A DNA stretch of 64,000 bases from an uncultured Acidobacteriota bacterium. Lineage in GTDB: Bacteria; Acidobacteriota; UBA6911. The stretch is from NCBI GenBank assembly GCA_963827655.1, contig CAWHCF010000022.1, positions 224,001 through 288,000 of the forward strand, given 5' to 3'. Under the pieces are notes generated by a model. It saw nothing but the letters and a program-made list of their open reading frames with translations, had not been told where the DNA came from and searched no databases. Position numbers and translations under genes: made by a program. Shown piece by piece: positions 1 to 12,926 of this stretch; within the stretch, counting starts at the first letter, position 1; the number at the start of each line of letters is the position of its first letter.

Positions 1-614
1 ATAACCAGGCGCAGGGCGGCCTCCTGGCGCGGGTCCTTGACCCCGGTGGCGTCAAGGCCATCCAAGGTCCAGTAGTTGTCATCGCGGGCCCGCCCGACGA
101 AGCGGATGCTCTGCTGGTTTCCCTCGCCGGTGTTGATCGCGCCAGGCGCCAGCAACATGAGGGTGGCCCAATGCCGCCCATTCACAGGGATATCGCTGAT
201 CTGCTGCCCGCCGATGACGGTCCCGACCACCGCCGACGTCCTATCCAGGGGCTCGAGAACGCTCTCGACCGTGACCTGCGTATCCGTCGCGCTCACCGTC
301 ATTTCGATGTTCAGATTCCGGTTGTCGCCGACGCCTAACCGAACGTCTCTAATCGTTACCGACCTGAACCCTGTCATGCTGGCGGTGATGGAATACGCGC
401 CGACAGGAACCAGCGAGAAGGAGTAGGTGCCGATAACGCTGCTCAGAGCCTCGCGACGCCATCCTGTTTCCTGCGAAACCAGCTCCACCTTCGCACCCGG
501 GACGACCGCCCCGGAAGCATCCTTGACCGTCCCTGCGAGTGAGGCGCGGTCCACCTGGGCCCAGGCCGGATAGGCTGCCAACAGCACGAGTAATACAAGC
601 GCTTTTGCTTTCAT
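1..614 (-). CDS. TonB-dependent receptor, N-terminal part (runs off the window edge)
   Basis: Manual translation from ATG 614: MKAKALVLLVLLAAYPAWAQVDRASLAGTVKDASGAVVPGAKVELV... Signal peptide, carboxypeptidase-regulatory-like domain, then plug motif IPVNGRHWATLMLLAPG. Confidence 0.85.
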   Translation of the reverse strand, partial: MKAKALVLLVLLAAYPAWAQVDRASLAGTVKDASGAVVPGAKVELVSQETGWRREALSSVIGTYSFSLVPVGAYSITASMTGFRSVTIRDVRLGVGDNRNLNIEMTVSATDTQVTVESVLEPLDRTSAVVGTVIGGQQISDIPVNGRHWATLMLLAPGAINTGEGNQQSIRFVGRARDDNYWTLDGLDATGVKDPRQEAALRLV

Positions 615-1255
615 GAGGGAGATCTCCTGTCGAAACGCTGCCCCGGACTACCGGGAAAAGACGCCCCGAGCAGCGGCTTTCGGTTCACCTATTCGAAGCG
701 AGCGGCCGTGTCCTTAAGACAAAGAGCCGGTGATCGAACTGCTCACACACCTACTTTTTCGTAAGCGCGCACCGATAGCCAGGGATCTGATTGTTTTGCG
801 CGAAAAATATTTCTTTTCTGTGACGACAACTAGAATTTTTCGCGTCGCCGCCTTCGACCCCGAATGCGGATGGATACAGGTTTTACCGCCAGAAAGAATA
901 CGAGAGAGCTGTCTGCCAGGAGAGGATTGCTCGGCCCCGGGGATTGGAGGGGAATCAGGCGGATGAGTAGGTAAACCCGGGTGAATTTCTCCGTGGAGGT
1001 TGACCCGCGCTAGCATTGGGGGCATTCGGGTTTCTCTGAATCTGCGGACAGCTTACAGAATCAACGTGGCATGCAATCGGATTTGAGCGGAAGCCTCTCG
1101 ATTTCGGATCAAGCCGGGGCCGATTTCGCAGACTCCTCGCTGTGATGCTTGCCCGTTAGCGCTTCAAAGGATCAAGAAAGTTGCGTTTCGGTGCGGGTGG
1201 GAGAATAGCATAAGTTCGCCCGGATGGTCTGCCGAGATTTATCTCGGCGGCTGGG

Positions 1256-1362
1256 TCGTGCACCCATTTACGATTGACGATTGACGATTGACGATTGACG
1301 ATTTCGGAAGCTGGTTCCCGCTCATTTCAATCGTCAATCGTCAATCGTCAATCGTCAATCAA
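1256..1362. repeat. Palindromic heptamer element E1: (GACGATT)n-spacer-(AATCGTC)n
   Basis: Both arms visible in sequence; right arm overlaps the ADOP1 stop codon. Confidence 0.95.
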
Positions 1363-4050
1363 TCATGGCGCAGAGCCACCAGCGGATCCACCCTCGAGGC
1401 CCTTCGCGCCGGCAGATAACCCGCAAGGAGAGCGACGGCGGCCATCACCACCGTGGCTGCCGAGATCGTCGCCGGGTCGCCTGGCGTCAGTCCATACATT
1501 TGACTGGAGATCACGCGCCCGGCCGCCAGGGCGGCCGGAACCCCAAGGGCGGCGCCGATGAGCACGAGCACAAGCGTGTCCCACAACAAAAGCCGGAGCA
1601 CGCTGCCACGACCGGCGCCGAGCGCCATTCGTATGCCGATCTCGCCGGTCCGTCGCGTTACCGTATACGACATGACGCCATAGAGGCCGATCGAGGCAAG
1701 CAGCAGAGCCAGAAAACCGAAGGAACTTGAAAGCGTGACAAACAGGCGCTCGGCAAAAAGAGACTGATCAACCTGTTCCTCCAGCGTTCGGATGTCAAAA
1801 ACCGCCAGGTTCCTGTCGACTGCTTGTATCTCGCGTCGAACGGCGGAGACCAGAGCCGTCGGGTCGCCCGCGGTGCGCACGTGGAGTTTCAGATCGCCGA
1901 GCGGCATCGGAGACTGCAGGTACGGAACATAGACCATGGGAGGCGTCTCTTCCCGCACGCTGTTGTACTTCGTGTCCTTTACGACGCCGACAATCTCCAG
2001 GCTGGCCGGCGTCTGAGACCTCGTAATCCCAATCCGCCTTCCGACTGGATTCGCGCTGCCGAAATACTTGCGCGCCAGAGCCTCACTGACGACCGCTACC
2101 TTCGCCGACTTCTCGTTATCCTCCGGCCCGAACTCGCGCCCCATCAACACGGGAACGCCCATCGTTTGGAAGAACTTCGGTCCTACCAGGTTGGCGCCAG
2201 TCGCGATGTTTTCATCCCTACCTGGGGCGTATCCCTGAACCATCAGATTCGTTCGCCAGGAACCGCGAGTCAGCAGACTGAACCGCGCGATGCTGGCCAC
2301 GCGCACGCCGGGAATGGCATCGATCCGTTCGAGCAGGCGCCGGTACAGTTCCGCAAATTGCGAATTCTGGTAGCCGGCCAACGCGGGGCTGACCGTCAAT
2401 ACCAGGACGTTATCCCGATGGAATCCCACATCCACGCCCTTGAGATTCTGAAGGGTTCGTATCAACAGTCCAGCGCCTACGATCAGGATCAAAGAGACCG
2501 CGACCTGCAAGACGACGAGCGCTTTGCCCAGCCGAAGACGAGACATCCCAGCCAGAGTATGGGTCTGGTCTTTGATCGTGGTATTGACGTCCACTTTCGT
2601 CGCCTGAAGTGCGGGAGCCAACCCAAACAGAAGTCCGGTGAGTAAAGACACTAGCGAGGTAAATGCGAGTATGCGAGTGCTGGACTCGAACCTGATAACC
2701 AAAGGGAGCCCTTCGGACATCAGCAGCGAAGCCAAAACCCTGGTTCCCCAGGCAGCAAGGGCAAGGCCGAGCACTCCGCCGATCAATCCAAGGAGCACAC
2801 TTTCGGTCATCAGCTGCCGGACGAGACGCAAACGGCCGGCTCCCAAAGCGATGCGCACGCCGATCTCCTTCCTCCGGGAAACGGAGCGCGCGAGTTGCAA
2901 GCCGGCGACGTTCGCACAGGCAATCAGCAAAACCAGACCCACCACTGCCATCACCACCATGAGCGGCGTAGAGACCTGACGACGTATGGTTCCCAGTCCT
3001 CTTCCGGCCGGATCGAGCTCGATTCGACGCTGGTCCTCCGGCCTCTCCCGGGCTCGAGTCGGATCGCCGTCCCTCATCTCGGCCAGTGCGTGCCGATACG
3101 CCAGGTTGAGACCAGCCTGCGACTGTTCCCTGGGCACTGCCGGATCCAACCGGGCCACGACCTCCAGCCACCAGTAACCAGGATTATTCAGCGCCGGCAC
3201 GTCGAACTCCCCTTGCATCATCATGGGAACCCAGAAATCCGTGGCGTCGCCAACCTGGATGCCGAAAAAATCTGGCGGCGTCACTCCAATGATCGCGAAC
3301 GGCTTTGCGTTGAGCGCGATTCCCTTTCCCACCACCGCCGGGTCGAGCGCAAACCTCCGTTTCCAGTATCCATGGCTGATCACGGCTACCGGGTGTCCTC
3401 CGGGCACGCGATCGTCGTCCGCAGTGAAAGTGCGGCCGATCACCGGCTGGACGCCGAGGACGGTGAAAAAGCTTCCGGAGACGAGCTGCCCGCGGGCAAG
3501 CTCCGCCTGGCCATCGGCGGTTACGTTCAGCCGGAGCCCTGCAGACGCGAACATACCCCGGACGAGCTGCCGATCCCGCAGCCGCTCAAACGCAGGGTAG
3601 GAAAAGGCGGCGTTGGGTCTCCGGTCCTTGGGACTTACGTTCATGATCTGAACCAGCTCGCCCGGATCTTTGACCGGCAGCATCCTCAGCAGAACGGTAT
3701 CGATCACCGTGAAGATGGCGGTGTTGGCGCCAATACCGAGCGCCAGCGACAGCACCGCCGTGGCCGTGAATCCCGGGCTGCGCCTCAACATCCGGAACCC
3801 GTATTGCAAATCCTGAAACAGCTCTTCCAGCCAACGAAGCCCCCACATCTCGCGACTGACTTCTTGCAGTAAGGTTGGATTGCCAAATCCGCGCAAGGCG
3901 GTGTGACGCGCGTCATTCGCGAGACATGCCGGCTTCAAGGTTTTCCTGCGCCTTCATCTCGAGGTGGAAGCGCATCTCTTCGTCCAGCTCGCGGTCGAAT
4001 CGATCCCGTCGGACCAGAACCAGAAGTCTTTTCCAGAGGGTCTGGAACAT
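1359..4050 (-). CDS. ADOP family duplicated ABC permease 1 (2x MacB-PCD + FtsX); frameshift near 3920
   Basis: Start [33 protein letters not shown] at 4050 joins ORF 1359..3938. Motifs [44 protein letters not shown]. Confidence 0.92.
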
Positions 4051-4148
4051 CGTGCACCCATTGACGATTTACGATTTACGATTGACGATTTCAGAAGCTG
4101 GTTCCCGTTCTTTTCAATCGTCAATCGTAAATCGTAAATCGTCAATCA
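4051..4148. repeat. Palindromic heptamer element E2
   Basis: (GACGATT/TACGATT)n-spacer-(AATCGTC/AATCGTA)n; fills the ADOP2-ADOP1 gap; leader and spacer near-identical to E1. Confidence 0.95.
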
Positions 4149-6858
4149 TTCATACCTCAGTGCCGCCATTGGATCGATCCGCGAGGCCCTTCGGGCGGGC
4201 AGATACCCCGAGAGAATTGCCACCCCAAGCATCAGCAGGGTCGCCAGCACGATGCTTACCGAATCCGTCGGCTTCAAACCATAGAGGAAAGCTTCAATCA
4301 ATCGGGCCGAAGCCAGAGCCAAAGGGATACCGACTGCAATGCCGGCGCCTGCGAGAATCAAGACTTCGCGGATCACGAGCCACAGGACACCGGATTGCCG
4401 CGCTCCAAGCGCCATCCGAAGGCCGATTTCTCTGGTTCGTCGCACGACCGTGTAGGACATGATTCCGTATAGACCAATGCAGGCCATGAAGACGGCAAGC
4501 AGTCCGAACAAGCTGCATAACTTCGAGAGCAGCCGCTCGCGAACCAGTGATTGATTTACCTGGTCGTCCAGGGTCTTGAATGGCCCGATCTCGATATCGG
4601 GATGAGACTCGCGCAAGACCTGTCTGACCAGACCCGCCAGGGCAAGCGGGTTTTCAGAGGTCCGGACTTCGACCGAATTGAACTGGCTGGTTGTCTGGAA
4701 CAGGGGCAGATAGAACATACTGCGCGCCTCTTGCCTGAGGTCGTTGTACTTCGAGTCCTTCACGACACCCACGATCTCGACGGCCTGGCCTGGATCAAAC
4801 TGAGGTTTCGTCGAGATCCGGCGGCCCAGAGGGTTCTCGCCCGGAAAGAAAGTCCGCGAGAAAGTCTCGTTAACAATTGCGACCTTGGTCGAAGCCGCCG
4901 TGTCATGATTGGTAAAGCCCCGCCCAGTCAGCAGCGCCATCCCAACGGTGGCGAAGTATTTCGGCGACACGATATTGATTCGCGCGCCTAGCTCGGGCCC
5001 GGGCGGAGGTGTGTATCCTTCGATGGAAAGCGAGTTGACCAATTGGCCGCCGGCGAACAGGCCGATCAGCGAGAGGCTGGCCGAACGCACGCCTGGAATC
5101 TCGTGAAGTCGCTCCTCGAGCCGCCGGTACAGGCTGCTTCGCTGCTCGGATGGAACCGGGTGCATCTCCATATCGACCAGCAGGACGTTCGTCCGGTCGA
5201 AACCCACTTCGATACCCCGCAGGTTGTGAAGACTTCGAAGCAATAGTCCCGCGCCAACCAGAAGCAGGAGCGAAAGCGCGACCTGAGAGACAATCAGGAC
5301 TCTGCTGAAACGCTGCGACCGGCCGCCGGCGACCTGGCTATGAGAAACCGCGCTCAAAGACGGCATCACGTTTACCGCCGTCGCGCGGAAGGCAGGAACA
5401 AGGCCGAACAAAAGGCCGGTCATGGTCGAGACCAGCAGCGTGAACCACAGAACGCGAATGTCCGGACCAGCGTCCAGGACCAGCGAACCCGACGAATCAG
5501 AAATGAGGCTGACCAGCAGCGCGCTTCCGTATGCTGAAACGACGAGCCCCAGGGCTCCACCCAGGAGAGATATCAGCAGGCTTTCGGTGAGCAGCTGTCG
5601 CACGAGACGACCTCTTCCCGCACCAATAGCCAGACGCACCCCGATCTCCTTTTGCCGATAGGATGCGCGCGCCATCAGCAGATTGGCAATGTTGCAACAG
5701 GCAATCAGCAATACGACTCCGACGGTGAGCATCAGAATCTGCAACGGTCTCGAGAATCTCCGTCGAAGATAATCCAGTCCCCTGCTCCCGCTTTCAAAGT
5801 GCAGCGTGTAGTCGGTGACCTGGTGCTCCCGGCGAACGCTGGTTTGACCTCCCGCTGCTATCTCTTCAGCCAGTAACTGCTGATACAGGACCTTCATTGC
5901 CGCCAGGGCTTGCGCCTCGTTCACTCCCGGCTTCATTCGGCCGATTACCTGAATGAAGCTGCCGGTGATCCGTTTCAGAGACCCCGCCGGTATCCCATGG
6001 ACGATTGGAAGCCAGACCTCGGGCGACTCGCCTGCCGTGTCGCCAAAGAACTCGGGCGGCGCGACCCCCACAATCGTGAAAACCCGCTCTATAGCGTCTG
6101 GAGCGTAGCCGACCGTTGTGAGGAGACTCTGGCCAATGACGCCTGGATCACGGCCAAACTGGCGCTCCCAAAAACCATAGCTGATCACCGCAGCGGGCGC
6201 CGACTGCCCATCTTCATCGAAGGAAGAGAAAGTGCGTCCAATGTGAGCATTGATTCCGAGCACGAAAAAGTAGTTGGCAGACACGCGGGCGGTGCGGACA
6301 TGATCGAGTTGCGCGCCCGAACCAATAAGCGTGAAGCGCTTGTGCCCCTGTCCGCTGGTCGCCATCACTCCCGAAAACACTTGCTGGCGCGCCGCGAGCT
6401 GTCGATACAGAGGATAGGAGATGTACCAGGGCCCCCCTTTCTGCCGGGTGGTAAGGACAATCAACTGCTCCGGATTTGGGCACCGGGAGAGTCCGGATCA
6501 AGACCGCATTGATCAGGCTGAAGATTGCCGTGTTCGCCCCGATGCCCAGGGCTAGCGAGAGCACAGCCACCGTAGCAAAACCGGGACTGCGACGGAGCAT
6601 GCGCGCGCCGTAGCGGAGATCTTGAAGCAGCGATTCCAGCCAGCCCAGACCCCAGGTCTCGTGACTGATTTCCATCAGGCGGGTGGTGTTGCCAAACCGG
6701 CGCTGCGCCGCATATCGCGCGTCATCGGGAGATGCTCCGGATTCGAGGTTTTGCTGCGTCTTCATCTCGAGGTGAAAGCGCATCTCCTCGTCCAACTCGC
6801 GATCGAATCGGTCGCGTCGAATCAGATAATGGAGTTTCTTCCACAGGGTATCGAACAT
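4146..6858 (-). CDS. ADOP family duplicated permease 2; frameshift near 6480
   Basis: ORFs 6214..6858 (N-terminus MFDTLWKKL...[12 protein letters not shown]) and 4146..6464 (ends [15 protein letters not shown]). Confidence 0.92.
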
Positions 6859-6867
6859 CTATGTACT

Positions 6868-6941
6868 CATTGACGATTTACGATTGACGATTGACGACCT
6901 GGGCTGCTGTCTTTTCAATCGTCAATCGTCAATCGTCAATC
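6868..6941. repeat. Palindromic heptamer element E3
   Basis: Inverted tandem GACGATT arms between ADOP3 and ADOP2. Confidence 0.95.
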
Positions 6942-6946
6942 ATTTG

Positions 6947-9652
6947 TCATTCATGGCGCAGTGCGACCATCGGATCGACGCGGGATGCTCTTCTCGCCGG
7001 GAGGTAGCCTGCCAGCGCAGCAACCGCGACCATCAGCAATGCCGCCACGGCGATTGTGCCCGGGTCGCTCGGCGTAAGCCCAAACAGGAAGCTCGAGATT
7101 AATTGCGTGCCGGCGAGCGCCGCCGGAATTCCCATCGCAACCCCGATCAATACCAGGACCAGGACCTCACGCAGAATCAACCAGAGCACGTCCCGGCGCT
7201 CGGCGCCAAGCGCCATGCGAAGACCAATCTCGCCGGTTCTTCGTGTCACGGAGTACGCCATCAGGCCGTAGAGGCCGACGCACGAGAGCGCGACTGCAAG
7301 CAGGCCGAATGCGCTCGAAAGCTTGGCAAACAAACGTTCCTGGATAAGACTCGAATCCACCTGGTCGGCCAGCGTCGTGACCTCGAGTACGGGCAGATTC
7401 TTGTCAACCGCCTGGATCGCTTGACGGATCGAACCCGCCAGGGCGCTCGGGATTCCTGCCGTGCGCACCTCCAGCTCGGTCAGGGGAGCCAGGGACTGGA
7501 GGAACGGAAGATAAGTCATCGGTCGAGGCTCCTCACGCAGGCTGGTGTACTTCGCGTCTCTGACCACGCCCACGATCTCGATCTTGCCGCTGTTCTCGGG
7601 GCCGCCCAAACCGAATCTTCTTCCGATAGCGTTCTCGCTGCCGAAATAACGGCGCGCCATGCTTTCATTAACAACCGCGACCTTGGGCGCATTCTCGTTG
7701 TCATGCGGGGTGAACGCACGGCCCAGCACGGAGGGACATTCCCATAGTTTCGAAGTACGTTCGGCCCCACTGCGTTGGCAAAGGTATGCAGGGTCTCGTT
7801 CGGCCTGGGTGTGTAACCCTGCACCGAGATCTTGTTGCCCCAGGAGCCGCCGCCGAACAATCCCATAAAAGACAGGCTGGCCGAGCGGACACCCTGGACC
7901 GCTGCCACACGCTCGAGGAGTTGGGTGTAGAGATTCGCCAGGCGGACATCCTTATAGCCGGTCGCCCGGGCATCGATTCTCAATAGCAGAACGTTCTCCC
8001 GGTTGAAGCCTGGGTCCAGGCTTTTCAATTTCTGAAGGCTGCGCACAAAGAGGCCGGCCCCGACCAGCAGCAACAGGGAGAGCGCGACTTGCGCGACCAC
8101 GAGAGCCTTGCCCAGCCGTTGTTTCGACCGGCCGGCAGTCACAGTCCGCGCGTCCTCTTTGAGTGCGGGCGCGAGCTCGCCCTGTGTTGCGCGAAGGGCC
8201 GGCACCAGGCCAAACGTGATTCCGGCGAGCAGCGAAACCGTGAAAGTGAAAGCAAACACCCGAAGATTGGGATCGGTATCGAGTGGTGGGGGAGTGGGAC
8301 CCTGGGAGACAAGGGCAATCAGGATGCTCGCTCCCCAATAAGCAGAAAGCAGGCCGAGAGCCCCACCGATCAAGCTCATCAATACGCTCTCAGTAATGAA
8401 TTGCCGGACCAGGCGCATGCGACTCGCACCCAGGGCGAGCCGGACGCCCATCTCTCTCTGGCGGGCCGTCGAGCGCGCCAGCATCATGGAGGAGACGTTG
8501 GCGCAGGCAATCAGCAGCACCACGCCGACCACGGCCATCAGAATCTTCAGCGGCTGCGAAAACCTTTCGCGCAGTTCGGAAAACCCCGCGCTCCCCGGCG
8601 CAAGCTCGATTCTCTGTTCGAGAACCTGCTGCCGCCACCGAGGGTTCTCCATGCCGGCAACCGTTTGGGCCTGGATGTCGCCCGAAGACCAGAGCGGCGC
8701 TCGCCTGCGCCTGCTCGACGGTTACGCCCGGTTTCAACCGACCCATGATCTGCAGCCACGTGACACTGTGGCCTTTCCATAGCCAGCTGGGTGCCCGCGG
8801 CGCCATCGTGAGCGGCATCCAGAGATCGGGAGACTCGCCCACGGACTCACCGAAGAACTCCGGCGGCGCCACCCCAATGATGGTGAATAAGGTGTCCTGC
8901 GCCGTGAATGTTTTCCCCACTACGTGCGGGTCGCCCCCAAACCTTCGCTGCCAGTAGCCATAGCTGATCACGGCCAGGGGCTGCTCGCCGGGAACCCGGG
9001 CTTCATCGGCTGTGAACGTACGTCCAACGATGGCGTCGACCCCCAGCACGGAAAAATAATTACCGGAAACCAGTCTTCTCTCGACCAACTCCGCCTGGGG
9101 CTCTCCCGGGCCGCCTATTACGATATTCACCTTCTGCACCGAACTTGATGCCAACGCGCCCGCGAAGCTCTCCGTCTGATCGCGAAAGTCTTTGTAAGCG
9201 GTATAGGAGAACATCCTGTCTCGCCCACCCGCGGAGACGCTGCTGATGGTGACCAGCTGTTGCGGATTCTTGACCGGCAGCTTTTCGAGGAGCAGCGCGT
9301 CGATCAGGCTGAAGATGGCGGTATTGGCGCCGATGCCGAGCGCCAGCGAGAGCACGGCCGCCGCGGTGAAGCCGGGGCTGCGGCGCAGCATGCGAAGGCC
9401 GTAGCGCAGGTCTTGCAACAGGGACTCGACTGAAGAAGAAAACCAGACTTCGCGACTGGTTTCTCGCAGCAGAGGCTGATTGCCGAACCGACGCATCGCG
9501 GAATAGTGCGCCTCTTCCGGGGGCATACCTGCGTCGAGATTCTCCCTGGTCTTCATCGCAAGATGGAACTGCATCTCTTCGTCCAGCTCGCGGTCGAATC
9601 GGTTTCGGCGAAAAAGAAACAGGAGTTTTTTCCAAAGGATATCGAACATCAT
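6947..9652 (-). CDS. ADOP family duplicated permease 3; frameshifts near 8670 and 7740-7760
   Basis: ORFs 8390..9652, 7516..8652 and 6947..7729 are consecutive ADOP segments. Confidence 0.9.
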
Positions 9653-9657
9653 GTTAT

Positions 9658-9748
9658 CGATTGACGATTGACGATTGACAATTGACGATTGAAGCTACCG
9701 GTTGTCATGGTTTCAAATCGTCAATCGTCAATCGTAAATCGTCAATCG
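9658..9748. repeat. Palindromic heptamer element E4
   Basis: Inverted tandem GACGATT arms between ADOP4 and ADOP3. Confidence 0.95.
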
Positions 9749-9750
9749 CC

Positions 9751-12400
9751 TCATTCTCGCCGTAAGGCCACGACAGGATCCACCGCCGGTTGCGCGGCGC
9801 GCAGGCACAAAACTCGCAGCCCCGCCGACCAAAGCGATCAAGAGCAGTACGCTGATCAGAGTGGCTGGATCTGTCGGACTCACAGTGGAGGCCAGGAACA
9901 TCGCCAGGGGGCCTGTGGCCAGCGCAGCTATCGCCAGACCAATGACTCCTCCCACGCCGAGCAGAATCAGGCCATCCTTCAGAACCATCCACAGCACCAG
10001 CCCCCGCGATGCGCCCAGCGCCATCCGAATGCCGATCTCCGAGGTTCGCCGGCTCACCGCGTAGCTCATCACTCCGTAAAGTCCCACCATTGCGAGCAGC
10101 ATACCCAATCCACCCAGGCTCCCCAACACGAGGGCGCCGATTCGGCTGGGCCAGAATGCCCGGGAGACATGGTCACTCATGGTTTGAACCTCCACATCAG
10201 CCGAACGATCCAGGTCCGCGATGGCCCTTTTCGCCGGAGCCAGAGCCGCTGCCGGCGGGCCCGCGGTGCGAAGCAGGAGACTCCTGACCCGGCGTACCTG
10301 CTGAGGTTGTAAATACGACAGGTAGACCTGTGGTTCCGGCGCTTCTCCCGGCGAAAGGTACTTGCTGTCTGCAACGACACCCACGATCTCGAGGAATCGT
10401 CTGTCGCGGCCTTCGCCCTGGACGAGCCGCTTGCCGAGCGGATCGGCGTCCGGCACCGACTTGTCAGAACAGCGCCTGATAAAAGCCTCGTTGACGATCG
10501 CGACCGGAGCCACACCCTCGCGGTCGCCTGCCCCGAATTCCCGTCCGCGTAACACGGGTATCCCTAGCGTCTCAAAGTAACGGCGGCCGACGACGTTCAG
10601 GTAGGTTGCGACTCCAGGCCCATCCTCTTGCCCTTCCAGCCAGAGTCGGTCTCCCGATGTTGCAAAGCTGAGCGGAACGATGCCGGCACAGCTGGCCGAC
10701 TGAGCGCCGGGTACGGCTTCCAGCCGGTCCATGGCCTGTTCGAAAAACAACTTCTCCTGCTCGCCGGTGTGCTGCCCCCGGATCAGATTGACGCTGAGGA
10801 CCAGCGTGTGATCGACATCGAAACCGGGACGGGCGCCGCCGATTTCGAGCAGACTGCGAACAAACAAGCCCGCCGTCACGAGCAGCACCACTGAAACCGC
10901 GACCTGGCCGGCCACCAGGAAATTGCGGAGAGTAAACCGGCGATGACCGAATTCCTGAGCTTCGTCCTTGAGCGCGGGAACAAGACGCGAACGGGTGGCT
11001 TGAAGCGCCGGGACGAGGCCGCACAACAGCGAGGTGACCATCGCCAGCGACAGCGCGTAAAGCAACAGGCGAAAATCAGGCTCGAGTTGAAAGGTCATTC
11101 CCGAATCCGGTATCTGGATCCGATTCAGAACCATGTTGAGCCAGAGATTGAACAGCAGCGCGACACCGGATGCCAGGAGCGCAAGCACCATGGTTTCCAC
11201 TAATAGCTGTTGAACCAGCCGGCGACGGCTGGCCCCGAGCGCGAGCCTCATGGCAATTTCGCGGCGGCGGCTCACTCCGCGCGCCAACAACATGGACGCC
11301 ACATTGGCGCAAGCGATGACGAATACCAGGCTGACCACAAGGAACAACAGGCCGGCCAGGAACCAGACCTCGGCGTCATATTTCTCCAGCTTTTGAATTC
11401 CGGACATGGCGCGCGCGGCGGCCTGGCCGAAGTCCTTGTTCTGCTGCGGGTGTGCCTGCTCGAGACGCCTGGCGGCGGCCGTCAAGGCCGCCTCAGCCTG
11501 GCGCCGGCTGAGACCGGCGGGAAGCCGGCCAATTACGATAAAGAGGTTTTGATGGCGGTCCTGGAGCCCCGGGACGAGCAGTTCGCTCAGAGGCAGGTAT
11601 AGCTCCGGCGCTTCACCGAATTCCGCAACGGAGCGGTATTTCTCGGGCAATATCCCTATTACGGTGAACGGGCGGCCGTTTAGAGTCAGGTCACGGCCGA
11701 TGATGCCGGGCTCACTTCCTAGTCGCCGCTGCCAGAATTGGTGGCTCAACACCACCAGCTGGGGCTTCTGTTCCGGCTTTGCTTCCGCGTCGCGGAAGGT
11801 ACGCCCTCTGGCCGCCTGGACGCCAAGCACGTCGAAGAAGTTGCTTGTCACCAGATGGCTGCGAACAGTCCGGGGCACAGTCCCGGCGCTCCAGCTCTCC
11901 TGACTCAGCGTATACGCTGCCAGCCCATCGAAGATCCTGTTTTCCTGAAGATCGCGATAATTCGGGTACGACATCTGCCCGGATCGACCTGCTTCAATTC
12001 TCAGCAAGCGCCCCGGGTCGCGCGCTGACAGGTCCTTGAGAAAGACTTCATTGAACAGGTTGAAGATTGCCGTGTTCACGCCGATGCCCAGCGCCAGCGA
12101 GAGGATGGCCACCAGAGTGAAGCCAGGACTCTTTCGCAATGTCCGCGCGGAATAACGAAAGTCCCGCAGCAAGCTTTCCAGCGAAGTAAATCCCCACGTG
12201 TCGCGGCTGACCTCACGCAGGCGTGTCAGGTTCCCGAAAGCGCGTTGGGCCGCATAGTGCGCCTCTTCGGGAGAAGCACCCGTCTCCAGCTTCTCCCGAG
12301 TCTTCATCTCGATGTGGAAGCGCATCTCCTCATCCAACTCGCGGTCAAACCGGTCACGTCGCAGCAGAAGGAGTAGTCGCTTTAACAGGGTTCGGAACAT
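9751..12400 (-). CDS. ADOP family duplicated permease 4; frameshift near 9785
   Basis: ORF 9728..12400. The family C-terminus VDPVVALRRE-stop lies in another frame and ends at 9751. Confidence 0.92.
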
Positions 12401-12408
12401 CTCATTTC

Positions 12409-12498
12409 CGATTTACGATTGACGATTTACGATTGACGATTGAAAAGCAGCGATGATCGATGCTTCAATCGTCAATCGTCAATCGTAAATCGTCAATC
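12409..12498. repeat. Palindromic heptamer element E5
   Basis: Inverted tandem GACGATT arms between padR and ADOP4. Confidence 0.95.
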
Positions 12499-12499
12499 C

Positions 12500-12823
12500 T
12501 CACGCGGTTTGGATCACGCGGGTGATCGCCTGAATCACCCGATCGAACTCCGAAAGCTCGACTGTGAGCTGCTTTCGTCCAGCCGGCGTGAGCCGGTAAT
12601 AGCGTGCCCGGCGGTTGTTTACCGAATGTCCCCAATCCGCCGCAACCCAGCCTTTGATCAGCAGCCGTTGCAGCGCCGGATACAGCGATCCCTCCTCAAC
12701 CTGGAGGACGTCGTCCGATATCTGCTGGATGTGTTGCGCAATTCCGTAGCCATGCATGACCCCGCGCGTGAGCGTCTTCAAAATCAGCATCTCCAGCGTT
12801 CCGGGCAGAAGCTCCGTTTTCAT
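12500..12823 (-). CDS. PadR family transcriptional regulator (Acidobacterial ADOP-associated type)
   Basis: MKTELLPGTLEMLILKTL...HGYGIAQHI...EEGSLYPALQRL...NNRRARYYRLT; GGAGG RBS 10 nt upstream of ATG 12823. Confidence 0.95.
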   Translation of the reverse strand: MKTELLPGTLEMLILKTLTRGVMHGYGIAQHIQQISDDVLQVEEGSLYPALQRLLIKGWVAADWGHSVNNRRARYYRLTPAGRKQLTVELSEFDRVIQAITRVIQTA

Positions 12824-12834
12824 CGAGTGGGTTC

Positions 12835-12885
12835 CTCCCATAGATTATCTTTGGGAGTATGATTCAAAGAACGAAACAGTGTCAA
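12835..12885 (-). promoter_or_regulatory. Sigma70-type promoter with overlapping palindromic operator (probable PadR site)
   Basis: Minus strand TTGACA (12885-12880), 18 bp, CATACT (12861-12856). Inverted repeat CTCCCATAGA-TTA-TCTTTGGGAG at 12835..12857. Confidence 0.75.
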
Positions 12886-12926
12886 CAGGAGTTCAATTAT
12901 TTTGCATAGCTCATCGATGGGAGATT

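Noticed and set aside
1231-1248. Hairpin GCCGAGAT-TT-ATCTCGGC as ADOP operon terminator
   Set aside because: No U-tract on the minus strand; too weak to call.
615-1255. Riboswitch or small ORFs (714..1025, 730..966) upstream of the TBDR
   Set aside because: No cobalamin or TPP consensus recognised, and the ORFs lack recognisable motifs. An Infernal search would be needed.
1256-12498. Classical integron with attC sites
   Set aside because: No tyrosine integrase in the window and no consistent RYYYAAC/GTTRRRY core sites. The similarity is only architectural.
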